Origin: Reclinomonas americana ATCC 50394
Taxonomy: Eukaryota
DNA: 36,726 nt
Direction: 5' to 3'
NCBI GenBank assembly: GCA_048213135.1
Contig: PS015502.1
Location: forward strand, 1-36,726
The translations under genes and the position numbers were made by a program. Below are positions 1 through 12,051 of this stretch, piece by piece; position 1 is the stretch's first letter, and every line of letters starts with the position of its first letter. The notes below the pieces were generated by a model. The model was not told the origin of the DNA. It made no database searches and saw nothing but the letters and a program-made list of their open reading frames with translations.

Positions 1-1264
1 TCAGCGACGAGTGGAAGTTGAGGAAGGGCGCCGAGTGCGCCTCATCGCCGTCCTCAGAGCTGACGGCGACCACTGCACCATCAATGGCCTGCAACTCGAT
101 GCTCATGTCGGCCAGTAGCGCATCGTAGTCCACACGCAGCGAGATTGTCGCCGACGATGCCTCCACCGCAATGACCATAAAGTGCACGACCCGATCCTTG
201 TAGTCCATATCGTCCACTCGCATCACATATGTGTCGGCGTAGGAGCGCACGTTCTCGTTGGGAGGCACCGTGAGCGCCACGGGCGGAAGGCGCACGTGGT
301 CCTTGGTGACATCGCCGCAGCGCACCTCCGCCATCACACGATGACTGCAAGCGGGGAGCGTGAGCAGTGAGTGATCAAGATGCACGTGGCACGGCGTGTG
401 GCGACGCAACATGGGTCGCAGGATGAAAGAAAAGTGCAAAAAGTCACACGGATCGTTGGTGGGCGTCGCCTTGCCCGCACGCAGGCGCGTCACCACCAGG
501 CGATAGGGATCGGCACTCGGCTGCAACTCGATCAGCTGACTCTCCCACGAGCCCGGTCGTGTACTGGCAAACTTCTGTGACACGCTGGCACACGTGAGCA
601 GGAGGAGGCGCGACGACGCGCGCACTACCAACGCACCGTGTCGACCACTCCCAGCGATTCCTCCAGTGTGGGATGAATCAGACGCGTCTGGATGTCGTCG
701 CCAAGCGTCTCGCTTCGAAAGAAGAAGCGCAGACGGGCGCGCACCAGCACTCGAAAAGCGACCTCATGCTCGGATCCATCCTGCGCACATCCGCCACGTG
801 GTGAGAGAAGAGTGCGAATTCGTTTCCGTGGACACACATTCCACGTCACACACGCAACTGGTGGCACCTGGAACCGCGTACCAAACACACGAATGGAGCC
901 ATCGGAGGCATCCTGCGTACCACCGTACTCGGCGAGCGCGTCTGTGCCACACGCGTGCCACGGTCGTCAGTCACAGAATAGAAAGAGACAAGGAGACTGT
1001 GCGCGGGTATACGTGCGAATGCATGCATGTATGTGTCGTGTGTGTGTGTGTGCGTGCATGTGCACTGACGCAACCCTTGTACAGATCCGTCGGCAGGGGG
1101 TAGCCGTCGATGTCGCACACACCCGCGTCGGGAACCACCACGCCCTGCGCGTGCACTCCCACCAGCACCGAATCCAACAGCACCAACACAACAACAGTCG
1201 CCACCACCATAGCAGCAGCAGCGACGACACGCGACGACAGCCGCGGCTGTTGGCGTCGCCGCAT
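1..1264 (-). CDS. Secreted/surface protein of unknown family, 3' end beyond the window; exons 1075-1264, 859-941, 637-780, 411-574, <1-344
   Basis: ATG at 1264 followed by a signal-peptide-like segment (VVAAAAMVVATVVVLVLLDSVLVGVHA-QG). Exon lengths 190/83/144/164 give consistent phases across four GT-AG introns, and the frame stays open to the window edge (…PCDFLHFSFILRPIHRVMAEVRC…). Confidence 0.7.
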
Positions 1265-1336
1265 GATTGATTTAGATTGCTCAGAATCCGTCCATCTCTC
1301 GAAATGATCCCCTTCGTCTCCCCTTCTCACAATTCC
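1265..1336. promoter_or_regulatory. Putative very compact bidirectional promoter
   Basis: Only 72 nt separate the divergent start codons at 1264 (-) and 1337 (+). Confidence 0.5.
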
Positions 1337-2374
1337 ATGGCTGAGCAGGCGGGAGAAGTGGTGATGATGGTGGAGAGGAAGGAGGAGGGGAAGGAGGAGG
1401 AGGAGACAGACGAGGTGAATGTGCTTGGCGACGGCGATGGCGGCGATGCCGTGGTGAACGACCTCTTGCGACGACATGCGTTGGGGTGTGTGTGTGTGTG
1501 TGTGTGTTTGTGTGTTCTTTTCGTGTTCGTCTTGAGCGTTGTCTCGCGCACTGAACATGCGGGTTGTGGCAGCGAGGTGAATCCGATTGATTTCTGTGAG
1601 GTGCTGGAGGAGCGGAGAGAGAAGCTGCGCATGCTCGACGCGGTGTACCGCAGCGAGTTTGCTCGCCTGCGACGCGTGTTGAGTGGTCGCCTGGATGCGG
1701 TATGTGTCAATCTTCCTCCTGCATCCATCTCTCTCTCACACACACACACTCTCTCTTCGTCTCCTTACACGGCAAATGCACAGGTGGATGAACTGAAGGA
1801 TCGCACCATTGCGGCCTCGGTGCTCTGGGCGGAGGAGCAGTATGCTGGTCGGACGCTGCATCGACGAAAGCGGCGACAGCGGCTTCAGCGGCGGCATTAC
1901 GCCTCGCAGGAGGACTACGATGTGGTGGAGCACTACCGTCGCTTCCTCGACTTGGAGGTCGGCCGCTCCGGTCGGCAGGCGTCGCACTTTCTGGTCTCGG
2001 TCACGCCGCAGTTGGCACTGGACTTCTCCGCCGACAGAGGATTGCACTTGTCGCGACCGCGAGTCATTGCTAATCCTGCACCGCCGCCAGCCACGGTGGT
2101 GACTCCCACTGTGTCGCACTCGTCGGCAATGGGTCGTAGTGATACAGCGTCGTCGCTGTTGCTGACGAACCGCGATCGAGTGCGCCTCGCCGCGCAGCTG
2201 CGGTCCATGGTGGAACAGGTGCGACACGAGAGGTTCAATCGGCTGCTGCAGGAGCCAGCTGAGGAGGCCGGCGCTGCCGACGAAAGCCAGAGAGGCGACA
2301 GCAGTGGTGGAGACACGGTGGCACCATCAGCAGAGGCGCCCGTAGGAAGTGACGGCGATGGTCTCCAGTCATAA
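1337..2374 (+). CDS. Hypothetical acidic/coiled-coil protein with two introns; weak resemblance to the KANSL2 helical region
   Basis: ATG at 1337, GTGTGT..CAG and GTATGT..CAG introns, TAA at 2372-2374. LRMLDAVYRSEFARLRRVL loosely recalls the KANSL2 L..LY..QF.RL..LL helix. A basic RRKRRQR stretch could be an NLS. Confidence 0.55.
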   Translation: MAEQAGEVVMMVERKEEGKEEEETDEVNVLGDGDGGDAVVNDLLRRHALGCVCVCVCLCVLFVFVLSVVSRTEHAGCGSEVNPIDFCEVLEERREKLRMLDAVYRSEFARLRRVLSGRLDAVCVNLPPASISLSHTHTLSSSPYTANAQVDELKDRTIAASVLWAEEQYAGRTLHRRKRRQRLQRRHYASQEDYDVVEHYRRFLDLEVGRSGRQASHFLVSVTPQLALDFSADRGLHLSRPRVIANPAPPPATVVTPTVSHSSAMGRSDTASSLLLTNRDRVRLAAQLRSMVEQVRHERFNRLLQEPAEEAGAADESQRGDSSGGDTVAPSAEAPVGSDGDGLQS

Positions 2375-2396
2375 ACGGTTACATTTATTATGCGCA

Positions 2397-3254
2397 TTAC
2401 TTTTTCGCGAGGACGAGGAACGTGGGAATCACGCCGACTCCCTTGCACTGCAGACGAGGTGTGGCGTTTGGGCACAGGATTAAGAAGAGATGGAGAGACA
2501 GGGAGTCGCAGCGCGCGCACTGACCTCGGCACTCGACGATTCGGTCTTGAAAAGACCGCGTGACCGCTGGTTGGTGGCCTCCGAAATCTGAATCGAGTTC
2601 GGCGGTGCCGTGCTGGCCATGCGCGAGGCGACATTGATTGTGTCTGTGCGAGGGACGAGTGAGAGAAAGTCACTTAGAGCGCCGTTGCGACACTATGGTG
2701 GTCGTCAGCTCACCGCCATACAGATCAAAGCTCTGTGTCAGCTGACCGACAATGCCAGCGGTACAAGGGCCCGAGTTGATTCCAGCGCGGAACTCGAGCT
2801 TGATGCGTCTCTATACATGCACACACATGTTACTACATCACGCGTGATGTTGTGGAAGAAAAGACAACTGCCTCACCCTCTCGCAGAACGATCTGATGGC
2901 CTCGAGGGCATGCAGTGCAAAGTCGGTCGCTGCAAACGCATGGTCGGGCCGTGGTCTGTACATTCCGCACACGACCATGTACGCGTGACCAATGGTCTTC
3001 ACCCGCTCCGCGTGCAACTTGCGGACGGTGGTGTCCAGCGTGGAAAAGAGTTCGCCAAACAATCGGATCTCTTCCTGCGCAGTCAGTGGGCCGGCGCCTG
3101 CGTCGGTACCGGTAGGAGTGCGTGAGCAACATGTGCGACTGCACAGGTGAAGACAATACGATGCTCAACCTTGTTCGCTGTCGATGCGCTCAACATCGCT
3201 GAGCTTGATGAAAACACAAGAGACTTCTGGGTGGAAGTCGACCAATGTGACGGT
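2397..3254 (-). other. Class III cyclase domain, C2-like half: keeps K, D, N, R and KG residues, lacks both metal-binding Asp
   Basis: EVSCVFIKLSD has K at the first-Asp position. VKTIGHAY has H (2985-2987) at the second-Asp position and keeps the substrate Lys (2997-2999). SFDLYG/DTINVASRM keeps D, N (2633-2635) and R (2621-2623). CKGVG matches the KGKG motif. Confidence 0.85.
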
Positions 3255-6200
3255 CTGGTGCGCGCGAGAGTCAGTGTCACTCGCAGCACATTGACGCGAC
3301 AAGTGCAGCAGTGCGTGCACGGCAGTGACGCAACGCCAGCATCGTCGGCGGATCTCTCCGATGTGAGTTTGCTCAGCACCGGTCGGGGGAATGCCGTGTC
3401 CAGCATCTTCTCAAACACCGTATTGACACCGCTGAGGACTTGCAAGTCGTCGACCTGCTTTGGTGGCTCGCCCACACGGCAGGAGTAGTATTTGACACTG
3501 TTGACCATGGTCTCGCGCATGCTGAACACACCGTCAAACTTGCTTCCATCTTTCCGTGTAACTGAGTACACAGCGGGCGCAGACGCGTGACCACCGACGC
3601 CCGATGAACGCGAGAAAGTGTTCACGAGGTCGCCAAATGTCGCCGTCTTGTTGTTCAGCGTGAGACGAAGCAGCTGGTCGATGGAAATCGCTGTATGCGG
3701 AAGGGCGATAAGTACACGTGCAAAACGAGACACGAAAATCAAGAGGATTGTGCTGTGCGCTCACCAGCTGACGCCAGCTCGTCTGCCGTGTACCCAAACA
3801 TCTATCACGTACCACACACGTTGTGAGAAACTGAGAATCACCATTGACCAAGAATAACACACGCACCCGCTGCACGGCAGGATTCACTTGCTGAATGACG
3901 CCGTTCCGATCACACCAAATGACGGCATCGGAAGAGGTGGCCAGCACGCCGTGCAACTCATCGTTCTTGCGTTCCATCTCGGATCTCGTCTGGCTCTCGT
4001 CCGACACGTCTGTGCGTGACAAGGTGCTTGCTTGTAAGGGGCAAGAGACAGAGTAGAGTGTGCGACTGATGCAAGGTGACGCAGACCTCGTACAAACGCG
4101 CAGTACAGTTGGCGTGTGTCGAGATCGACGCGAATGACGTGGAGATGAATACTGACAGCCTCTCCGGAACGCTTCTGTGCATACACTCCTCGGCCACTGT
4201 TTGTATGTGCGTGAGATGCACTGCTCTGTGAGTCTGCGGTCGAGAGTTATGACTTGCATGCATGAAAAGACGACAACGCACGCCACTGCCAGGGCCGACT
4301 TGGAGGCGTCCTGTTGGTTCATGCCGCGCACATAGTCATCGTGCCGCTCCTTGTGCGGCTCTGGAACAAACATCTGGCGCCAACTGTGAGCTAGAGAAGA
4401 ACAAAAGGTGCACGCACTTGCACAACTCGCGCAGAAGACGTACCCGAACATTCTGCCCGATCACTGCCGCCCGGTCATTGCCGTAACCGAGCAGTCGCAG
4501 GAGCGAAACATTGATATCCTCGATGATGCCGGCCGTGTCGGTGACCACAAAGCCTGTGAATGGTTCACAAGCAGGATAAAATGAATACCGCATTGGTTAC
4601 CCCGGGCATGTATACTTGTACGCAACCATCGTGCATGGAATTGAAAATGTACAACAACTGCACCGCAATAGTGTGGAAAGTGATGAGATGCGATAATGAG
4701 ACGGACACCAGCTACAGAAGACCAGACAAAACCTTCTCGCGCTGCTCCTGGAGACACCTTTCACGTTCCTTGTCCTCCGACACATCGTTGATGAAGCAGG
4801 AGAAGAATCGTCGTGCGGCAATGCGCCCCTCGGCCAGCGTGACAGTGACGGGCACACCTGAACCGTCGCGATGCACAGCCTGGATGTACACGAATGGTGA
4901 ACGGTGAGTTATCATTGATCGTCGCAGCACTAAAGGATTGTGCGGGTGACTGCGGAGGACGTAACGACGCTTTCGATCGTGCGCCCAATGATTCGCGAGG
5001 TGCCGGGTGGTTGCAACAGGTATCTGGCAATCAGCTGATCGTGCCTCTCCCTGCACGATGGGATTGGTGTAATGTCGACAAGCAGGCCCTCACAGACAGA
5101 CTACTGACTGACCGTACTTCGGCAGGCACAATCATCTTGATGTTGGAACCAAGTGCGTCCTCGGCCGGGTAGCCCAGCATTCGTGTGAACGACTTGTTGA
5201 CCATCTCGATGAGCCTGCGCGTCAAAGTCAACTACTTAGCCGCCGCACAAGCCACACACTCTCTTTCTCATGCAAGCAACATCTACAACACTAACCCCTT
5301 GTCGTTGGTGATGATCACGGCACGGTCCGTGGTCTGCAGAATGGTGCGGAATTTCTCGCTGTTCTCCTTCATCTTCTTGCTGAGGTCAGCAGCGGAGCCA
5401 AGCATGCTCCCGGCAAAGAGGAACGACTGCAGTCCTTCGTCGCTGTTGATCACCCCAACAGGAATGAAGAGAGCGAGGTGCTTGAGGTAGCGTGTGTTGG
5501 CATCAGCCGTCAGCAACAGCGGTCGAATGTAGAACACCAGCAACAGAACGATGGCGGCCAGGGCGATGCCGAAGAGCGCCTGCAGAATCATATTCTGCCG
5601 TGCGAGATACGACGAGAAAGCTGACCGCAGTATCTACAGGTCGACAACGCACACACAGATGAACACGAGGACACGTGAAGCAAGCGTACTCACTCACTCC
5701 CACCCACACGCACCGCATTGCTCTGGACAAAGTAATAGTCGAGGTAAGCGCGGGCAGAGAGCATGATGCTGAGTTGCTCCTGATCAAGAGCTGCGGATGC
5801 TCCATACGACTGCACGAGTACACTGGCGGCGTCGAGAGCTCGGATGAACTGCGACAGAGCGAGACCCGTGAGGAGGAGGAGGAGGAGGGTGACCTGTGAA
5901 ACGAAGAACCACACTCACCACCGTATTGTACGGCCAGCACATCAGACCAATCTGCCAGCTGCTGGTGCCACTCACACTCGGCTCACACCGATCGTCGTAT
6001 AGGAGGCTGTTTTGGCGTTCGTTGGCCGACGAGTCCCAAATCATCTCCGTGATGGTCGCCGCGGAGTCGGCTGTTGTTGCAGCCCAGGCTAGACGAGCCT
6101 TACTGACAGATGCCTGCAACGTTTCCAACAACAACCGCGAATCGCTAACACCAGAGCCACTGACGAGCTCGGCGGCGGCCAAAGTCGCCGTCTCAAAGTC

Positions 6201-9200
6201 TGCCACTCGGTCCTGAGAGTTCTTCACCACCGCCGCAAACACACTGCTCTGGGTGCTGGTGTTGAGGGACACGACTCTGTGGTGCGCGACGAGTGTGAGA
6301 GAGGTTCGGAGGAAGCGCTCGGCACAACAACAAGTGTGCTGCGTAACTGCATGATGCACAGCAACACGATGATGATGATGGTGAAAACAGCCACCCGGAA
6401 CCCGATGTTGCCGAGGAACTGCCAGTCGGTGCGCACGCACTGCGAAGGCCCGTATCTTCGCTTTGCAACCACCTGCGGCGCGTAGCCCTACACACCGCCA
6501 ATGTCAACGGGTTGCTGTCGACATTGCACAACTAACTACAAGTGACAGCAATGAAACGCACCTCGCGTTCCTGCTCCGTCCGTGCCATGAACGAAAGGAA
6601 CCTCTCTCGACACTGAAAGTACACCTCCTGTGCCGTCTTACGGGCAAGCGCCTCAAACGACTGCACCGCGCCCCTCAAGTCGGCAGTCAACGATCGCTCA
6701 ATCAGAACAATGACAACAGCGGCCACGACAGCCACGCATCTGCCAGAGGCATTTCAGCCAATGTATAACAACGATCAAGCCTCACATGCAACTCACCCGA
6801 CGAGAACGGCCAAGACAATGGCAGCCTCCAGTCGAAAGCTTCGATTCGTGCTGTCGAGTCGCGCACGGTGCTCATCACGCAGTGCATCCAGCGCGTCATC
6901 GACCCACAGCAGAGCATTCTTCAGCATAAAGTACGGGTTGTTTTTCATGGCCCCGCTGAGCAGTGTCGTGTCTTGCTTTGCGTACTCCTGTGAGGGAGTG
7001 ATAGAAAGTAAAGTCAGAAATGCACACACGTGACATGACCGTCCATGTACAAACGAAAACTAATGGCCGCACCGATGCAAGATCGCTGGTGGCAGCCAGC
7101 ACGTCGGCCAGCGGCAGGGTGCTTTCTACGGACGCCAGCTTGCCGGCCGCCACATCCACAAGCCAGTTGATGGAGACGCTTTGCGACATGGTATTCAGTT
7201 GCTCACTGCGTTGTAGGGTGTAAGGTCAGCACCGGTCCGCACACCACAAAGGATGACAGGCGGATTCGGAGGCACGCAACTCTTGATACTTGAGTAATTC
7301 GATGGCATCGCTTCGGGCGGCCGTGGCGTTACCTTGGAGGTAATTGGTGAGGTCGCTTACTTGCCGCTGCAGGTCGGCACCGGACGAAGTCGTTGTTGCC
7401 AGTCGTCGAAGGCGCGATGCCGAATAGACGCTGCGCATGAATGCAACCCTGCATGGAAACACGTGCTGTCTAGTGAGCGACAACTGCGATGTGCCCGACT
7501 GCAGTAGTGGGGGCGACGAAACTTGAGGTGATTGACGGCAAAGGAGGTGACCAGCTGCCGGTTCACGGCCGAGTTGGTTGTCGTGGCAAGCACGAAGCTG
7601 GCAACAACGGTTGCGACGAAGACAATGCCGATGCTGACCAGCAATAACATGGCCTGACGCGTGTGTGGATTCTGTGCAGCCTTGTTCAGGGAACACAGAG
7701 GACAGGCATCTAGCAGTACGAATTCTCGTCAAACCATCTCCGAGAGAACGACCTGACGGAGCATAGAAGAATACATGCTGTCCATCGACATGGTGGAGGA
7801 TCCTCGCGAGCTGGACGACATTCCGCTGCTGCTGCCGGTGGGTGAGCTGTCGGCGTCACTTGTGGTGTCTTTTGCGGCCATGCTGGTGTCGACTGGAGTA
7901 ACACTCGGCTTCGTTGCCTCTGCAGTGGACGAAACGACTCGTGAGCTCAAAGAAATGCAGACGAAAGAGGAACGACTGGCAGTGACGAAGCTCTCCACCA
8001 GTCGTCGGTGAGAGCCAGCCAGCTGCGGACCGAATAGACAGGATCAGCAAAAAACATAAATAAGAGCGGCAGAGCGAAGCAGGAGACCTTTCGTGTGCTG
8101 TTGGATCGAGGCGCCAGCTCACTCGAAGTAGCTTGCATCGGTACCACTTCGGTGGCGGTGGGTGCCTCATCCACATTCACGAAACCGATGCGTCGAGATT
8201 GCGCTCTCTTGACATCATGCCGTGGTGACCGACCGGCGGCGGCGAGGAACTTGCCAGGCACAGTGGCCATAGCGTGACGCCCTTCATCGTCGTCCTCCTC
8301 GTCGCCACAGTCGACCGCTGCACACTCTGCCTCGCTGCCAGTCTCGAACGGCCGCACTGCACCAACAGCGGGAGAGAGAGAGCGAGAGAGAGAGAGAGAA
8401 ATTAGTACGTGCAGGAAGAGCGACTGTGTAATGGCCCAGGACGCACCGTGATCTGTGTTCGGTGGTGGCGACCTGGCCACTGCCTTGACACGCACAAATC
8501 TACTTGGCGAGGCGACGGCACGTGTACGAGATGCCACCGTGTTTCCTTGGTCGGTGCTGTTACTTGAGGCGGACGACGACAACTGCGCAATGTCCACACG
8601 ACCAACACCACCGTGGTCGGTGGCGGCTCCTGCATCATGATCGGCTTCTGCCTGTTGTGGATCGTGTGCGTCGAACTTGGTCATAATGAAGTTGAGTTGC
8701 TGCAGGCGGTCGGCCATGTCCATCACGCGCTCGCTGGATGCGGCCTCTGCGTCGGCCGCAGATGTAGTCTGTTCTCGAGAAAGCTCGTCGGCGAGGTCGT
8801 CCAGTAGTGAGCCCGTGCGTCTATCGTTCAGGATCTCTGCAACAAACTTTGCAGCGCAAGGCCAGTCAGAGTGCACGAGTGAGCACCGCCGCCAACGGCA
8901 ACACGAAAAGAACAACAACATCGAGCCGGATACCTCCGCAAACATGGTCATTACTTGCCCGTCGTTGGGGTAGTCGCGCAAGAGGTCGCGGAACTGCTGC
9001 TCGCATTCATCCTGCTGCTCACGAATGTTGATGGGGATGGTAATGATCCGCTCATCGTGGCGGAACTCGCCGGCGAGGTGCTTCCAGAAGCTGACCAACA
9101 ACGCGTGTGTCTCGTACCACTTCAACCTGGCGGCGCGGATTCTACAAACGCCACTTCTGTGTCAGGAACAGTGCGGCGAAAACACGTCACACAAAGGCGC

Positions 9201-9694
9201 AAGTGACACACCTGATGGTCTTGTCGACACTCTCCTGACCACTGTCGACAAACATGCGGAGGAACGCAAAGTACTTGAGTCGCATGTCCAGCGGCAACTC
9301 CTGCTGGCGCTCTGCCAGCGCCGAGCCAATTGCGATGGCAGTGTCGCTGTCGATCTCGTAGTGCCACAAGTAGTGCGCGTACAGCAGACTGAGCACAGGC
9401 GACTGCGGGAGACACTCGCTGCCGAGATCGAAAATGTCTCGGGCCCGAGCCAGCGGATCCTGCGTGTGCGACGTCGGAATGCGAGCCACAAACTCCACAT
9501 CGTACGCGTTGGAGAAGAGGCCGTGGATACCGGCCGACATGTCGCTGGCATCGGAGGCCATTCCGTACCGACTTTGCGGACTCTGGAAACGCACGTGCGT
9601 CAGGAGGTGTGCGAAGAGGAGAGAGAGTGCACAGCACGGCACGGTGTATGTGTGTGTCTCTGTGTGCGTGTGTGTGCGTGTGGTGTGTGTGTGT

Positions 9695-9736
<42 letters not shown>

Positions 9737-11422
9737 TGTTTGTGAGGTGTGTTACCTGCAGCGTCGACTCGTTCCCCTGTCCACCACTGCGTAGCGAGTC
9801 GATAAACTGGTCCACCGCCTTCCCCAGCACCGCCAGTCGCCATCGTTGAAGCAGTAAACCGACGACGACAGCAATCGGCAAGCCAGCACCGAGAATGATG
9901 AGGGAGAGGAGTGTGCGGGTGAGCAGCTGGCTTGCACTTGGTGCCGTGGTCGCGGGGATCACAGAGACGGCCGCCCACAGGATGCATCCGACACCCACGT
10001 GCGACATGATGTTGGTGGAGTGTCGGTAGAAGGGCGAGAACCGGATGGCGAAAATGGTGTATGTGAGTGCCAGCATGGCCACACCCGCTGCTGCGTGCAC
10101 CACGCCAAGCCGCGCCGCAAAGAATGTATGCGTAATGCACAACATGATACGGCACACATTCAGGGAGGCCAAGAACCGGCCGGCCAGAGGGCCCGCCGTG
10201 AACGCTGGTGAGGTTGGCTCGAAATCCTGAGACAGCAAATTGGCCAGGGTGGTCACCACCCCCAAGAAGGTGACTGCCAGCACGCCCAGCGAGCCGAGGA
10301 GCATATTCGACGACTGCAGAGACAGCAGCAGCACACAGACTCAGTCAGCTACTCATCGGTTCGTTGATGCGGTAGATGATTTGCGATCCCCAAACCTTGC
10401 TGCACACAAGCGCAACACCGCCATCGGTGGTGCTCAAGTGCGTCATGTCGTCAAAGTTGCAGTGCAGAGGCCGCAGCAGTGCGAGACACACCGGCGTCAG
10501 CGCCACGGAACTCAGCAAATGCAACTGCATGCGCAGCGCGCGGACCAGCAGTGTCGACTCGGCTGTTGTCTCATCGTCGCTCACCGATGTTCCAGCCTTG
10601 CGAGTCGACGACGTGCGCACCTGCACGGAGACCTTCCGCAGACGACGAAAGGCCACCACAATCTGCCAGACGAGCGCCGCCACGTACGCCAGCACAAAGA
10701 CGGAGATGCTCTGCACGAAACCGAGCGAGACCGTCTGCAGTCATGTAGAGCAGTAAGGCATCGATCATCGCTACCACCAAATGCATCGCAAAGAACGAAC
10801 CCAGGGGACAACTTCGTTGGCAAGGAAGGCGTAGCGCAGGACGCGTGGAATCCACACCGACCAGCCGCCGGTATTCGACAAGTTACCGAGGCCGCCAGTC
10901 GAGAGCGGCGCAAACATCCACGGATCCAGCACCAGCATCAGGGTCTGGAAGAAGATGAACAGCGTGACAGCCATCTCGATCCACAGCGCCTGAAGAATAT
11001 TCAAGATTCACATTAGAGGAAACTAGTGGATTGCCTTTTTTGGCTTCTTCAAAACTAATTATTCTCTTCCCCCCCCCTGTTTTCTCATTCGCTGCACATT
11101 TTTTTGTGCGCCGTGTGTGCGAGACGTCTATCTCCCACCTCTTCTCCTGCACATCCTCCTCACTCCACCAAAGCAACAAGTGCGCAATGTCTCAAAGCAC
11201 TGTGCGCAACTTGGTACTCTCTGCTACTGCGACCTGTATATGTGGTGGTGGTGGTGCTAAACTCACCGAGCCTGTGGAGCTCGTCGTGCGTCGGAAGAGG
11301 GCAAACAGGAACTTGTCCATGTTGCCGGCCGCCTGCTGCTTGTTCACCGGCGATGCGTCATTCCAGCCACCGCCGCCACCAGCAATGGTGCTTTGACTCT
11401 GCGAGTCAGCCGGCGTGGCCAT
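2397..11422 (-). CDS. Large multi-pass membrane protein (TmcB-like N-terminus) with 3 PAS domains and a C-terminal C2-type class III cyclase domain; about 33 introns
   Basis: Spliced manually from MATPADSQ… (ATG 11422) to …CKGVGVIPTFLVLAKK-TAA (2397). Order: multiple TM helices, TPR-like helical region, further TM pairs, PAS (NIKMIVPAEVRERHDQLIARY; MFVPEPHKERHDDY), then cyclase motifs VKTIGHAYMVVCG, FRAGINSGPCTAGIVG, FDLYGDTINVASRM. Confidence 0.85.
9644..9745. repeat. Imperfect (TG)n/(CA)n microsatellite inside an intron of the first cyclase gene
   Basis: About 100 nt of near-pure TG dinucleotides between the donor GTAACA and the acceptor TTCCAG on the minus strand. Confidence 0.95.
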
Positions 11423-12051
11423 TGCTGTGCCAATCCAGTGCGTATGCGCAACGTGTGGTGTGCGAAAGAGGAGAAAAACACGGCTGAGAAGTCTCAATCT
11501 GCGCGCTCGCTTCTCTCTCGCCACAAAATGCAAAAACAATGAGTTTGTAGACGAGAACGTTTCCAGACCGTTGCGTATATATACTCTGCAGCGCGCGGAT
11601 TGGACGTGCACCATACTTTGAAACAACAGCCCCTGAGTAGCGTGCTGTGGAGAGTCGTGTGGCAGAGTACAGAAACCGGCTGCGATGATCGCCAGTTTGC
11701 GTCTCAGCTGCCGCACACGGTGGCGATGGCCACCATCCAATTCACGAGAAGGATGCCTTTCTAGACAATAACGCGGTTGTAATTGGCGCTTCCCCGTGGG
11801 ACGTGGCAGCAACGTGGAGCGCTCCCATGGTTCGGTGACCCGTCGCGACGCGCAGCTTTACAGCTTGCCATAGCGGAGTACGCACCCTCCTGTTTGGTCC
11901 GGAAACGCGCTTCCTTTTGGAAAACAAAAATTCTTTGTGTCATATCTGGATATCGAAAACAAAGGAACAAAGTCTGCCGTCTCTTGTCGTGCACCTTAGA
12001 CTGCGTTCACCATCCACAGCATTGTCATCAGTGAAAGTACAATTTTGTTCA

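Noticed and set aside
5894-5918. Possible 25-nt ultra-short intron GTGAGT…CACAG
   Set aside because: An upstream in-phase GTGAGT gives an 82-nt intron typical of this genome, so the tiny intron is not needed.
11423-12051. Intergenic region between the cyclase genes as an ncRNA, or an intron joining both genes into one C1-C2 polypeptide
   Set aside because: The upstream gene has a clear TAA at 12052 after a low-complexity tail, and the downstream gene has its own ATG and paralogous N-terminus. No recognisable RNA motif, although read-through cannot be excluded without transcripts.
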